Source of the DNA: a bacterium
Lineage (GTDB): Bacteria; UBA8248
Direction: 5' to 3'
Assembly (NCBI GenBank): GCA_965200245.1
Contig: CBDATS010000004.1
Coordinates: 1,312,001 to 1,376,000, forward strand
Length of the DNA stretch: 64,000 nucleotides
Below are positions 54,639 through 64,000 of this stretch, piece by piece. A model generated the notes under the pieces. The model saw only the letters and a list, made by a program, of their open reading frames with translations, did not search any database and was not told the DNA's origin. Position 1 is the stretch's first letter. Every line of letters starts with the position of its first letter. The position numbers and the translations under genes were made by a program.

Positions 54639-54793
54639 GAAGCATCTCCCGGCCGAAACACAAAAAAAGACAAGCGCTGTTTCTTGTCAAACGAGTGGAC
54701 ACAGAGCCATGCTGAGATCGGAATTTGAGGGCACGGAATGAGACTCACCTTGAAGAATTATTAAGGGGTTTTGGGCATATCACATCCTGGTTA

Positions 54794-56244
54794 TCAACCA
54801 TCGGTAATCGGCTGGGCGATGATCCGCAGGCTCACCATGGTGTAGCCCACCATGAGAAGGAGCATCGGGTATTGGCTGCGCACGGCGGCGAAACGGTTCT
54901 CCAGCGCACGCAGTGCCGTCACGTGCGCCAGGTAGACTGCGCTGATATGACCGATAACGATCGCCGCGATCGAAGCGTACCAGGTCGTCTTGGCGCCGAT
55001 GATTCCGATGTCGACTTTATAGGCGGCGGTTCCCCACAGGTTCCACCCTGTCCCGAAGGGATCCGAAAGCAGCGGGATGATACGTTGCCCCTGGATGAAG
55101 AGAAAGGAAAAATAATGCGCCACGTGGTACCCAATCGCGATGGGGACCAGCGAAAAAACGAACAGGCGCGCGAATTCCCCTGTTGTGAGTACGTTTCCGC
55201 TCATGGTGCGCATCAGCATGCAGAATACGTAATAGACGCCCAGAAACAGGGCTGGAGCCGCGATAAGCGCGATCGTATCTGCCACGAGCAAGGCATCGCG
55301 CCCTGCCCAGGTGACCGCTTCGTATGTCCCTGCGCGCAGCAAGTGCCATAGTGGTGTTTCGGTAAAACCGTCGAAACTCACCGTCGCCAACATCAGGATC
55401 ACTAACACCACCATGGAGTTGCTCATGCCTTTCGTGTCCAGAAGACCCACAGCCGGCGGTCTTATGTGCCACTCTCTTCTCCCTTCCCCGTTCAGGCGCG
55501 CCTCTGTGATCGAGAACCGTCCCATTACGCCGAATATGATGGAAAATGCCTCTCCGCGCTCAAGCCACGCATCCTTGCCGCAGAGGAACATGCCCGTCCA
55601 GGTGATGATGGAATACCCGATTGCGGCGAGCGCGAGGTTGTGGGGCAGGTCGTTGTGCGGCCAGACGATCTCGGCCCACGCGAACCACAGGAACAGGCCC
55701 ACGGCCGGCCACACGCCCGGGTTTCCCGAAAACGGCTGCCTGGGTGACAGGGAACCGCCGGGCCTGATTTTTCGGTACAGCGTCTCCGCCCAGGAAAAGA
55801 TGATGCTCCACGGATTCACCAGCGACCAGAGGTTGCCTGCCAGCGCGCAGACATAGGCCAGCCCCACCCACCAGACAATCCAGACCATGGTGGGCGCGAA
55901 GTTCTTGTCCGGGTTTTCCGTTCCACAGAGACCCGCCACAAGCGTCACAAAAAACAAGGTGACCGAAATCGCCCTGATGAACGAGAGGAAAACCGCCCCG
56001 CCCATCCACGCGAAAACGGGAGATGCGAGAAGGTCATGGCTCGGATAATCCATGTGCTCTGGTTTTTTCGCACGAAAAGTCCCATGCACAGGAAAGAAAA
56101 CACCACGGATGCGCCCGCACCCAGCATGAACAAACCCAGTGGCACCGGCAGATCGTACCTCTGACCGAACCCGTGTGCCGATGCGACGGATGGAAGCAGG
56201 CAGACGGTGGCAGCGAGGAAAAACCCTTGGGCGTTGAGGCTCAT
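54794..56244 (-). pseudogene. integral membrane protein, frameshifted near 56050
   Basis: N-terminus AHGFGQRYDLPVP in one frame; body with WWVG and SLVPIAIGYHVAHY in another. Confidence 0.65.
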
Positions 56245-56257
56245 AAAGTTGTCCTCT

Positions 56258-56698
56258 TCACGGATGCACCTCGAGGTAGAACAATACTTTCTCGCTGTGG
56301 CCGCCGCTTTTTTTCTTCCCGTGAGAGTGAGAGCCGTGTTCCGTTACGGGGAATCGGCCCGCAACTTTGGCGCGAAACGCCATCACGGCTGTTTTGCCCG
56401 GCGAAACAGTTTTTTCGATGTCATAACCATGGAGGTGGACTTCGGTTTTCCGATCGGCCATGAGGTTGAGTCTGACCTTGTCTCCCTGCTTCACGCGAAC
56501 CACTTTCTTGCTGCCCTGGATTTTCCCGCCAGCGATTTTGAGCGTAATGCCTCCGAGTGCCTCGCCTTTCACGGGAGTTTCCTTCATTGCCGGTTTCTTC
56601 CCCTGGTGGCCATGCCCCCTGTCTGCGCTTTGGGCGGGGATTGTCTGAAAAAGTGCGACCAGCACAAGAATAGAAAAAACCCTGCAAATGAATTTCAT
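56258..56698 (-). CDS. secreted His-rich cupredoxin-like protein
   Basis: signal peptide, VKQGDKV, EVHLHGYD, GRFPVTEH. Confidence 0.7.
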   Translation of the reverse strand: MKFICRVFSILVLVALFQTIPAQSADRGHGHQGKKPAMKETPVKGEALGGITLKIAGGKIQGSKKVVRVKQGDKVRLNLMADRKTEVHLHGYDIEKTVSPGKTAVMAFRAKVAGRFPVTEHGSHSHGKKKSGGHSEKVLFYLEVHP

Positions 56699-56831
56699 GT
56701 CCACTCCTCCCCGAAGCAGTCTTGGCAAGGACGAATCCTCTTCGCTTGCCATGGGAAACAATTGATTGGCGGCGTATCAGGAAACCCTGCAAGCGGGGTC
56801 ACTATATCAGAACAGATAAAAGCACGCTTCG

Positions 56832-57713
56832 TCAGAGGGCACGGCCGGCCACCAGCGCGCCGCCCACGACGACTGCCACCGTTCCCAGGAGAATCGGCCA
56901 GGTAATGCGCTCGACCTGACGCAGGAATATGGCCGTGAGCAGCAGTGCCCACAAGGGCGCGGTGGCGGCGAGCGGAATCACGATGGTCAGATCGCCGTAC
57001 CGGAGACCGTATAGATGCAGGAGAACCGACAGGGCGTTCAGGGAACCTCCTATGCTGTAGGCCACCCACGCTTTCTTCCCTGTCAGTGAAGGCCTCAGGT
57101 CTGGCGGCAGATACTGTCCGAAAACATAGAGAAACGTCCCGCCTGCGACGCTCATGATCGATATTCCCAAAAACGGGTTGGGCGATGTGCCAACGCCGAG
57201 TTTTCGCAGCATGTGTGAGATCGAGAAAAAGACCACACTGCCGAGCGCTACGAGCAAATCGCTGCTCCGGATAGGCTGGGCCTCCCCTCTTCTCGAGGTA
57301 ATTCCCATACACCCAAGGACGATTAGCACCGTGCCCGCCAGAATGTACGGCCCTGGTCTTTCGCTCAGGATGAAGATACCGATTATCGCCGAGAAAAGCG
57401 GCATGGTGGAATTGAGTGGCACGGCGCGCGCCACACCCATCAAGTGAATCGAATGGAAAAAACATACCCTCCCCACGGCGGGACCCATGATTCCCGCCAG
57501 CGCGAAAAACAGCCAACCCAGAGGCTGGTAGTGAGCGGGTTCCCATGTCCAAATCGCCCCGAGGAACAACGGCGGCAGAGAGGCGATGATCCCGATAAGA
57601 ACGCCTGATACCGCGTTCGCGTGCTGCTGCCCGCTTCTCACAAACAGTGTGAAGGAGCCGACCACGAGCGCCGTGGAGAGCGAGAAGAGAACCGAGAGGG
57701 AAGTTGTGGTCAT
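56832..57713 (-). CDS. DMT/EamA family transporter
   Basis: paralog of 53757-54638. Confidence 0.88.
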   Translation of the reverse strand: MTTTSLSVLFSLSTALVVGSFTLFVRSGQQHANAVSGVLIGIIASLPPLFLGAIWTWEPAHYQPLGWLFFALAGIMGPAVGRVCFFHSIHLMGVARAVPLNSTMPLFSAIIGIFILSERPGPYILAGTVLIVLGCMGITSRRGEAQPIRSSDLLVALGSVVFFSISHMLRKLGVGTSPNPFLGISIMSVAGGTFLYVFGQYLPPDLRPSLTGKKAWVAYSIGGSLNALSVLLHLYGLRYGDLTIVIPLAATAPLWALLLTAIFLRQVERITWPILLGTVAVVVGGALVAGRAL

Positions 57714-57758
57714 TCAGGATGTGTCTTTTGGCCAAAAATCAAAACCGGGAGAAATAAT

Positions 57759-59798
57759 CTAGATCCCGGCCATTTCGCAGGGAGCGTAGTGGGAGAAGCG
57801 CATGCTGTAGGTGGCACGGCCCTGGGTAGCGGAGCGCAGGGAAGTGGCGTAGCCGAACATCCTGATGAGAGGCACCGAGGCGCGCACGATACTCACGGGC
57901 GATGCGCCGCCGCGTTCTTCGACACCGGTCATTTTTCCGTCCCGTGCGTTGATGTCACCGATGATCGCACCAAGAAATTCACCGGGCGCCACGACTTCCA
58001 CCGACATGACCGGTTCCAGAAGCTGGCCGCCCGCCGCTCGGCAGGCTTCCGTGAACGCGTTCGCCGCCGCGATGGAAAAGGCGGCCTCGGTAGCACGTTC
58101 TCTGTCGTAATCCACCTCGATCAAATTGACGCTTACGTCTGTCATTTCATAGCCTGCCATGGCGCCGCTCGAAGTGGATGCTTTGAGCGATTCCAGTGCG
58201 GCGGCAATCAGATTTCCCGGGATTCCGGGATCGTCCACCGCGCTGGCACAAGAGACGCCACCGCCGGGTCTGGGCGCTACGCCCACGCGCACCCGCGCGA
58301 ACTGGGGTTCGCCCGCAAGTTCCCTGTCGAAGGTAAATTCGGCGTCGGCTTCTTTCGCAAGCGTCTCCCGGTACACTACACGAGGTGCACCGACCCGCAC
58401 GTTCACGCCGAAGTCCTCGTTAATCCGGCGCGTGAGCACCTCCAGATGGAGTTCGCCCATGCCGCTCATTATCGTCTGGCCGGATTCGGAATCCACTTGC
58501 ACCTGGAACGTCGGATCTTCCGCCTGCAGTTTCGACAGAGTCTCGTTCAGTTTTTTGGTTTCCGTGGCGTTCCCGGGTTCGATCGCGACCGAAAGAACAG
58601 GCTGGGGCGCGAGAATCGACTCGAAGGCTATCGATTCAGCCTGCGCACAGAGGGTGTCACCCGTAACCGATTCTTTCAGGCCAGCTGCAGCGACGATGTC
58701 GCCTGGCCCCACGGCATCGATGCGCTCTCGCTTGTGGGAATACATTCTGAAAAGCCGGGCGAAGCGTTCGCTGTTTTCTCTCGCGGGGTTCCACAGGTTC
58801 TCTCCCACCTTGGCCGAGCCGCTGTACACCCGCAGGTAGGTGAGTCGCCTGCCTTCATCGATTTGCACCTTGAACACCAAAGCGGAAAAAGGCGCATCCT
58901 CATCAGGTGGGCGCGTGAGAGGTTCATCTCCGCCCGGATCGAAACCGACCGCAGGCGGCACATCTACCGGAGAGGGCAGATAATCCACCACGGCGTCCAG
59001 CAGGGGCTGTATTCCTTTGTCCTTCAGTGATGAACCGCAAAAAACGGGCAAGAGCTCGCCAGCGAGCACGGCACGCCGCAAACCCGCCTTGAGCGTTTCG
59101 GCATGTATGGTGCTTCCCTCCAGATACGCTTCCATCACGGAATCGTCGTGATCCGCTACCGCTTCGACGAGAGATTCCCTCAATTCGGTCGCTTTTTCCT
59201 TGAGCGTATCCGGGAGTGTGCGCCGATGGGATTCTCCCCCCTCCCAGGTGAGAAAATCACCGCCCAGTACCTCCACTTGGCCCGTATATTCTTCACCCTC
59301 TCCGTCGGGCCAGTGCATGAGTACGGGTTTGACACTCAGTTTTTCCACTATCATTTCGATGGTGCGCTCGAAATCCGCGCCCAGGCGATCCAGTTTGTTG
59401 ATAAAGGCGAGTCGGGGCAGGCTGAACTTATCCGCCTGCCGCCATACGGCCTCGGTCTGCGGCTCGACGCCTTCCACGGCGCTGAAGATTGCGACGGCGC
59501 CATCAAGCACGCGCAGGCTCCTCTCCACCTCGATAGTAAAATCCACATGGCCGGGGGTGTCGATGATGGTAATTTCATGATCCGCCCACGTGGTGGTTAT
59601 AGCCGCCGAAGTGATGGTGATGCCGCGCTCGCGTTCCTGACTCATCCAGTCCATGGTGGCCGAACCATCGTCTACTTCGCCGATTCGGTGTACTGCGCCC
59701 GAGTAGAAGAGCATCCGTTCCGTGGTTGTCGTTTTTCCGGCATCGATATGAGAGATGATACCGATGTTTCTTCTCTTATCGAGCGCGGGGCGCTTCAT
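57759..59798 (-). CDS. fusA: elongation factor G (stand-alone paralog)
   Basis: HIDAGKTT, ERGITI, DTPGHVDF, NKLD, GMGELHL, MFGYAT.LRS.TQGR. Confidence 0.92.
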   Translation of the reverse strand: MKRPALDKRRNIGIISHIDAGKTTTTERMLFYSGAVHRIGEVDDGSATMDWMSQERERGITITSAAITTTWADHEITIIDTPGHVDFTIEVERSLRVLDGAVAIFSAVEGVEPQTEAVWRQADKFSLPRLAFINKLDRLGADFERTIEMIVEKLSVKPVLMHWPDGEGEEYTGQVEVLGGDFLTWEGGESHRRTLPDTLKEKATELRESLVEAVADHDDSVMEAYLEGSTIHAETLKAGLRRAVLAGELLPVFCGSSLKDKGIQPLLDAVVDYLPSPVDVPPAVGFDPGGDEPLTRPPDEDAPFSALVFKVQIDEGRRLTYLRVYSGSAKVGENLWNPARENSERFARLFRMYSHKRERIDAVGPGDIVAAAGLKESVTGDTLCAQAESIAFESILAPQPVLSVAIEPGNATETKKLNETLSKLQAEDPTFQVQVDSESGQTIMSGMGELHLEVLTRRINEDFGVNVRVGAPRVVYRETLAKEADAEFTFDRELAGEPQFARVRVGVAPRPGGGVSCASAVDDPGIPGNLIAAALESLKASTSSGAMAGYEMTDVSVNLIEVDYDRERATEAAFSIAAANAFTEACRAAGGQLLEPVMSVEVVAPGEFLGAIIGDINARDGKMTGVEERGGASPVSIVRASVPLIRMFGYATSLRSATQGRATYSMRFSHYAPCEMAGI

Positions 59799-60114
59799 GG
59801 AAATACCCTCTTTTTAGAAAACAGATGCGCAGATTACATTGGGAAGGAGAAGATAGGAAAGCCTGAATCGAAATAAGTGGCGGACGGTGGCCATCCGCCT
59901 CATTTCCTTTACGAGGGGAATTATCTACTTAAATCCGCAGGTCTGGATATCTTGATTTTTGCGTTTCCAGGTGTACCGTTTGCGTCACGGGCGGAATTAC
60001 TGCCAGAATCAGTTTATGCGCCGCCTTCTTCCATTCAGCCCATACACCGGATCTGACAGTAACTCAGTGGGCCCTTTCGTATATGACTTCCCTTATTGAT
60101 ACCAGCCGTGATCG

Positions 60115-60381
60115 TCAAGGTATTCGACCGCCAAACGGATCGTATTGGCCGCCACTGGCGTCTTCCAGCTGTTCCTCGGTGAGCCGTGCCGCAGGCGGGA
60201 GGACGAGATAGCTGTTCTCGGCGTCGTCTTCCATCACATGCAGGTTGAAATTCTCCGGCATCGTCACCCCGAACTCCTCCGATATCACGGCCTTCGGCTC
60301 GGAGATAAGGCGGGCACGGAATTCCTCGTTATCGCCTGCCTTCTCGATCAGGTGCTTGCGCATCTCGGTAACGGATTTCAT
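60115..60381 (-). CDS. NHLP-leader RiPP precursor C, predicted core QYDPFGGRIP
   Basis: leader 64/78 aa identical to precursor A and ends LEDASGG. Confidence 0.9.
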   Translation of the reverse strand: MKSVTEMRKHLIEKAGDNEEFRARLISEPKAVISEEFGVTMPENFNLHVMEDDAENSYLVLPPAARLTEEQLEDASGGQYDPFGGRIP

Positions 60382-60459
60382 TCTGGGCTCCTTTCCTGGA
60401 GAAATGAGTATGGGTGGATCCCCTCGATGTTTTCGTTTTTTTGCATCGTCATCATGGGC

Positions 60460-60488
60460 AGGATATGGATGTTCCGACGGGAAAGCAA
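60460..60488 (-). promoter_or_regulatory. sigma70-like promoter inside the cassette
   Basis: TTGCTT-N17-TATCCT; TTGCTT is conserved at 2031-2036 in the other copy. Confidence 0.55.
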
Positions 60489-61415
60489 GAAATTTTCTGA
60501 CGTTTTACTGGTGAGGAACGAGTTTCCTCCCGGAGGCCCGTCCGTATGCCACCGTTCTCCCGGGAAACCGGCGGCCGAAGGATCCGTTTTTCCAGAATTC
60601 AGCTATTCAGACTTGTGGATTTAAGGATGTAATTCCCTTTGCGAGAGATAAAAAAGATCTACATCCGTTTTCTCCATGCCGCCCGCTGGATGACAGGGCG
60701 GCTTCCCTTTATGGTTTCAGGAATCCATGGAAAGAAACGGAACGAGAGGTCGATTTCCATCTCTCCCCATCCCCCATGCTGCCTACGGGCGATGCCCTGT
60801 TGCAGGGCAGGACCGAGCGGAGAAAGCGGCGTAAGCGCGTCAGGGAGAAACGGCGCGCTTGCCTGGACCTTTGTGGCCAGGCGAGGGATAAATCATACGG
60901 CCTATGGGTTTTGGAGTCGCACGCGAAAAAGGGAGCTCAGGCTCAGGCGTCAGTCTCGATTCAAGTTCCTTTTGTTGGGCCTGCCAATCCTCGAAAGAGA
61001 TATGACCTTGCAAATAAAGGGCGAGATTCCGCATGCAAGCTTCGTGAATGCGTTTCGATATTTGGCTCGTCTTATGTGCCTTGTCCCCGGGTATTCGAGT
61101 TTTCATCACCATGAAGGGCCTCCTTTTTCGCTTTCCCTCCACCTGAACGGGATCAGCTTGATAATCTATATATAGTGCTTTCTGTGCAATAATGCACTAT
61201 ATTTTGTGTTAAAATTGGAATAAAAATTGTTGCTATATGGAAAATTCTTGTATTTGCCGGTCATGCGAAAATTCATGAAACACAGTCCTTTGTTTTCTGG
61301 AGATGTCTGGCGCCATAATATCAGCATGTTAAGATGATATTGTTTATGCCTTACATTTCGTCCCGCATGAAAAAATCTTCGCGGGGGAAATCCGCCAAGG
61401 TGAAAAGGATCTGCC

Positions 61416-62282
61416 GTGAGCTTGAAAAAAATCCCGAAAAATATCCTCTCCTGCGGTTTCTCTCTTTTGATTTCGACGTTTTTGCTTTCTGGATGCATCC
61501 TGAACCAGGAGACAAGGACCGCTCATGGCGATGTAATTCGGAAATGGTTTTTGGAATTTCCTTGGGGCCGCGTGGAAGCTTATGCCATCCAACCACTCGA
61601 AAGAGGTATTTCTCCCCAAAGGCGCTACCCGGCGATTCTCCTCCTCCACGGAGCAGATGCCCGTGCCCAAAGATTCCGGCGTGCCATGCTGGCTCATGTT
61701 CGTGACGGTTTCATCCTGATGAGCATTTCGCTGCCCGGTTTCGGCGCATCCACGGGGTCCGAGGATTTCGCAGGACCCAAAAGCGTGAATGCCGCACTGG
61801 GTGCACTTCGTTATCTTGGTGCCAGAGAGAACGTCGTAAAAGGCGGCATATTCGTCTACGGAATCGGACAGGGGGCCTCAGTCGCTGCTCTCGCGGCGAC
61901 CAGGAGCGCGAACATTTCGGGTCTCGTTCTCGAAAACGGATTCTACGACCTGGAGAAAATCCATGCGCTCTTGTCCCGAAAACAGAGGAACAGGATACGC
62001 GCGCTGCTCGGCGGCACGCCTGTTCAAAACGTCGAGACCTACCGGGAGCGTTCTCCCTCCCTCATGGTCGACAAAATGAAGGTTCCGATTCTGCTTCTGC
62101 ACAGCCGGGAGAGTGCTTACCCGCTCAGCGGCGCAGAAGCTTTTCAGAAAGCCATCAACGGCAAAGGCGGGAGGGCAAATCTGCAAAGAATCAAAAATCA
62201 GGGGCCGTTCGAATCGCTCACGCATCCCAATATCGCGAAGTGGGTCATCCCTTTCATCCGCGAAATACGCAAAACGCGCTAG
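61416..62282 (+). CDS. alpha/beta hydrolase (S9-like), possible lipoprotein
   Basis: LLSGC lipobox-like, LLLHG, LPGFG.S, PILLLH; nucleophile elbow reads GIGQG (no Ser). Confidence 0.7.
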   Translation: MSLKKIPKNILSCGFSLLISTFLLSGCILNQETRTAHGDVIRKWFLEFPWGRVEAYAIQPLERGISPQRRYPAILLLHGADARAQRFRRAMLAHVRDGFILMSISLPGFGASTGSEDFAGPKSVNAALGALRYLGARENVVKGGIFVYGIGQGASVAALAATRSANISGLVLENGFYDLEKIHALLSRKQRNRIRALLGGTPVQNVETYRERSPSLMVDKMKVPILLLHSRESAYPLSGAEAFQKAINGKGGRANLQRIKNQGPFESLTHPNIAKWVIPFIREIRKTR

Positions 62283-63412
62283 AAACCCGTCTGAACCTTC
62301 TCCCAGGAATCTATTTGGGCCAACCGGTCGCAAACCGAGGGGTGCGAATGAAAGAGCACCACGACCCAGCCTGGCGGTTCGGGGTCCGCCAAGTTTTGCC
62401 TGCACAGCTTGACGAGGGCAGAAGACAGACCACCCTGTGCCTGCGCGTATTCGGTGGAATAGCGATCGCAGCGGTACTCCAGGTTACGGGAAACCGCCAG
62501 AACCAACGGAGACAGCACCACTCCCAATAGACTCCACGCAATCCACAGGACCAGGATGCAGGCAGGCTCTCCGGGCTGTACGAGAGCGGGGCCCAGCCAT
62601 ATCAGCGCATGGTGGGAGAGATATACCCCCAATACCATTATCGTGCTCTTTATCGTTATCAGGGCCGGTATGTGGCCACCCACGTGATGCGCGATTTCAT
62701 GGGCGAGGATTGCCTCGATCTCATCGGGCGCGAAATCGAGCAGCGTATCCGAGAGGACGACTCTCCGTGACGGCCCCCAGCCGACCAGGGCGGCGTTCGC
62801 CGCTTTGCTCTTGGAACTCATATCCATTTCCCACACGCCGCCGTATACTCTCGCCTTCGTTCGCTCCAGCAAGGCGAGGAGACGCTCCTTGAGTCCCTCG
62901 TTTGCCAGGGGTTTGAAGCGGAAAAATACAGGTGCGAGCAAGACGGGAGCGATAAGGGAAATAAAAACCATGAGCAAGACCGAAGCCAGCGCGGCAATCC
63001 ACCACCAGTGTACTGACCACCGAACCATGATCATCAAAAAAATTCCGCTGGCTGAGCCACCGAGAAGGAGGAGAAGAGCCAATCCCTTGCATCTGTCCCA
63101 CAGCCAGCCTGCCAGTGACTGGTTCGATAAATTTTCCCGGTGAGCGAGTACGTAGCCGCTGTAGATGTCAAGGGGTAAAGAAACCAGCGTTTTTGTGAGG
63201 GTGACAAGAGAAAAAGTGGTGAATCCTCCCCAGAAAGCACCACGCGCCGGGACCTCGGCCCCTGCGTCCAGATACCAGAACAGGAAGGCGACCAGGACGC
63301 CGAATTCCAGCAGCGAGGACACCAATCCCGTATACAGACGCCGCATTTGATATGCTCTAGCGCGCTTTATGAATTCTTCCTCGAATACGGGCAATCCATC
63401 GCTGTCCGGCAT
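62279..63412 (-). CDS. M48 (Ste24-like) zinc metalloprotease
   Basis: ANAALVG, LSDTLL, AHEIAH, HSHP. Confidence 0.9.
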   Translation of the reverse strand: MPDSDGLPVFEEEFIKRARAYQMRRLYTGLVSSLLEFGVLVAFLFWYLDAGAEVPARGAFWGGFTTFSLVTLTKTLVSLPLDIYSGYVLAHRENLSNQSLAGWLWDRCKGLALLLLLGGSASGIFLMIMVRWSVHWWWIAALASVLLMVFISLIAPVLLAPVFFRFKPLANEGLKERLLALLERTKARVYGGVWEMDMSSKSKAANAALVGWGPSRRVVLSDTLLDFAPDEIEAILAHEIAHHVGGHIPALITIKSTIMVLGVYLSHHALIWLGPALVQPGEPACILVLWIAWSLLGVVLSPLVLAVSRNLEYRCDRYSTEYAQAQGGLSSALVKLCRQNLADPEPPGWVVVLFHSHPSVCDRLAQIDSWEKVQTGF

Positions 63413-63588
63413 GTCGTTTTGAGCCCTGGGCGCATATACAGGGAATCGGAAGACGAAAATCTCAGGGCGTTAATCTGGCAAATCACATTTGATTATGCAA
63501 ATATATTCTCCACCAGATGGATCATAACAAATCGAGTACCTGAAACCCGACTCCCGGAAACGGGGGCGGTAGCCGGGGAGCCAGTCCT

Positions 63589-64000
63589 TTGTCCCGTCAT
63601 TTCATCGATATGAGAAGCGACACCGCAACGCGCCCCACGCAGGCAATGCGAGAGGCCATCACCGCCGCTCCGGTGGGAGATGATACGCTCAGGGAGGATC
63701 CGAGCGTCAACAGACTCATCGAAAAGGCTGCCGCCTTGTTCGGGAAAGAGGACGGCCTTTTCGTCTCGTCAGGCACGCTGGCCAATCAGTTGGCCATCAA
63801 GGTGCACACGAACCCGGGCGATGAGATCATCGCCGATTCGCATTGCCATCCCTTTCGAAGCGAACTGGGAGCAGGCCCTTTTCTGTCAGGGGTTCAATTC
63901 GCATTGATCTCGGCGAAACGCGGAGTTTACGCCCGCGAAGACGCCGAAAAATGGCTTCGCCCCAGGGGGGGATACCCAAAGAGCGCCATGCTTTGGGTGG
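63589..64000 (+). CDS. ltaE: low-specificity L-threonine aldolase, runs off the window
   Basis: IDMRSDTATRPT.AMR, VGDD...EDP, SGTLANQLA. Confidence 0.85.
   Translation, partial: MSRHFIDMRSDTATRPTQAMREAITAAPVGDDTLREDPSVNRLIEKAAALFGKEDGLFVSSGTLANQLAIKVHTNPGDEIIADSHCHPFRSELGAGPFLSGVQFALISAKRGVYAREDAEKWLRPRGGYPKSAMLWV

Larger units (their letters stand above)
59916..60637 (-). mobile_element. non-autonomous IS1595-like mobile cassette carrying a RiPP precursor
   Basis: TIRs 59916-59952 and 60601-60637 (30/37 match); flanks TTTACGAG and TTTGCGAG form an 8-bp TSD with 1 mismatch; no transposase. Confidence 0.82.

Noticed and set aside
57621-59030. Long antisense ORFs (also e.g. 23525-24688, 30545-31636, 33096-34277)
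   Set aside because: Shadow ORFs opposite well-supported genes, expected at high GC.
2133-60381. Diversity-generating retroelement as the source of core variation
   Set aside because: No reverse transcriptase or template repeat in the window, and core differences are not adenine-specific.
60646-61400. Short ORFs and an AT-rich tract
   Set aside because: No motifs; consistent with intergenic or promoter DNA, or decayed sequence.

Overview
High-GC bacterial window, mostly catabolic and transport genes: ThDP enzymes, three acyl-CoA dehydrogenase-like proteins, two DapA-family aldolases, a LigAB-type dioxygenase, a BVMO, and TRAP-TAXI and ABC transporters. It also holds nrnA, tRNA-Ser(GGA), a stand-alone EF-G paralog, an M48 protease and a partial threonine aldolase. 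Many genes are interrupted (6 in-frame TAG, 2 TAA, several frameshifts). Main discovery: a 722-bp transposase-less element (59916-60637) with 37-bp imperfect terminal inverted repeats and an 8-bp target-site duplication. Its only cargo is a promoter plus an NHLP-leader RiPP precursor gene. The same terminal repeat, promoter and leader recur at 1904 at the head of a decayed RiPP tailoring cluster, with a completely different core peptide. This suggests RiPP precursor genes that spread as mobile mini-cassettes. Also notable: two autotransporter-like genes with a shared 1,256-bp 3' block but different passengers, a UGSC-type selenoprotein with a SECIS-like hairpin, and a structured small RNA/uORF beside the tRNA. 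All calls were made by eye; no database searches were run.
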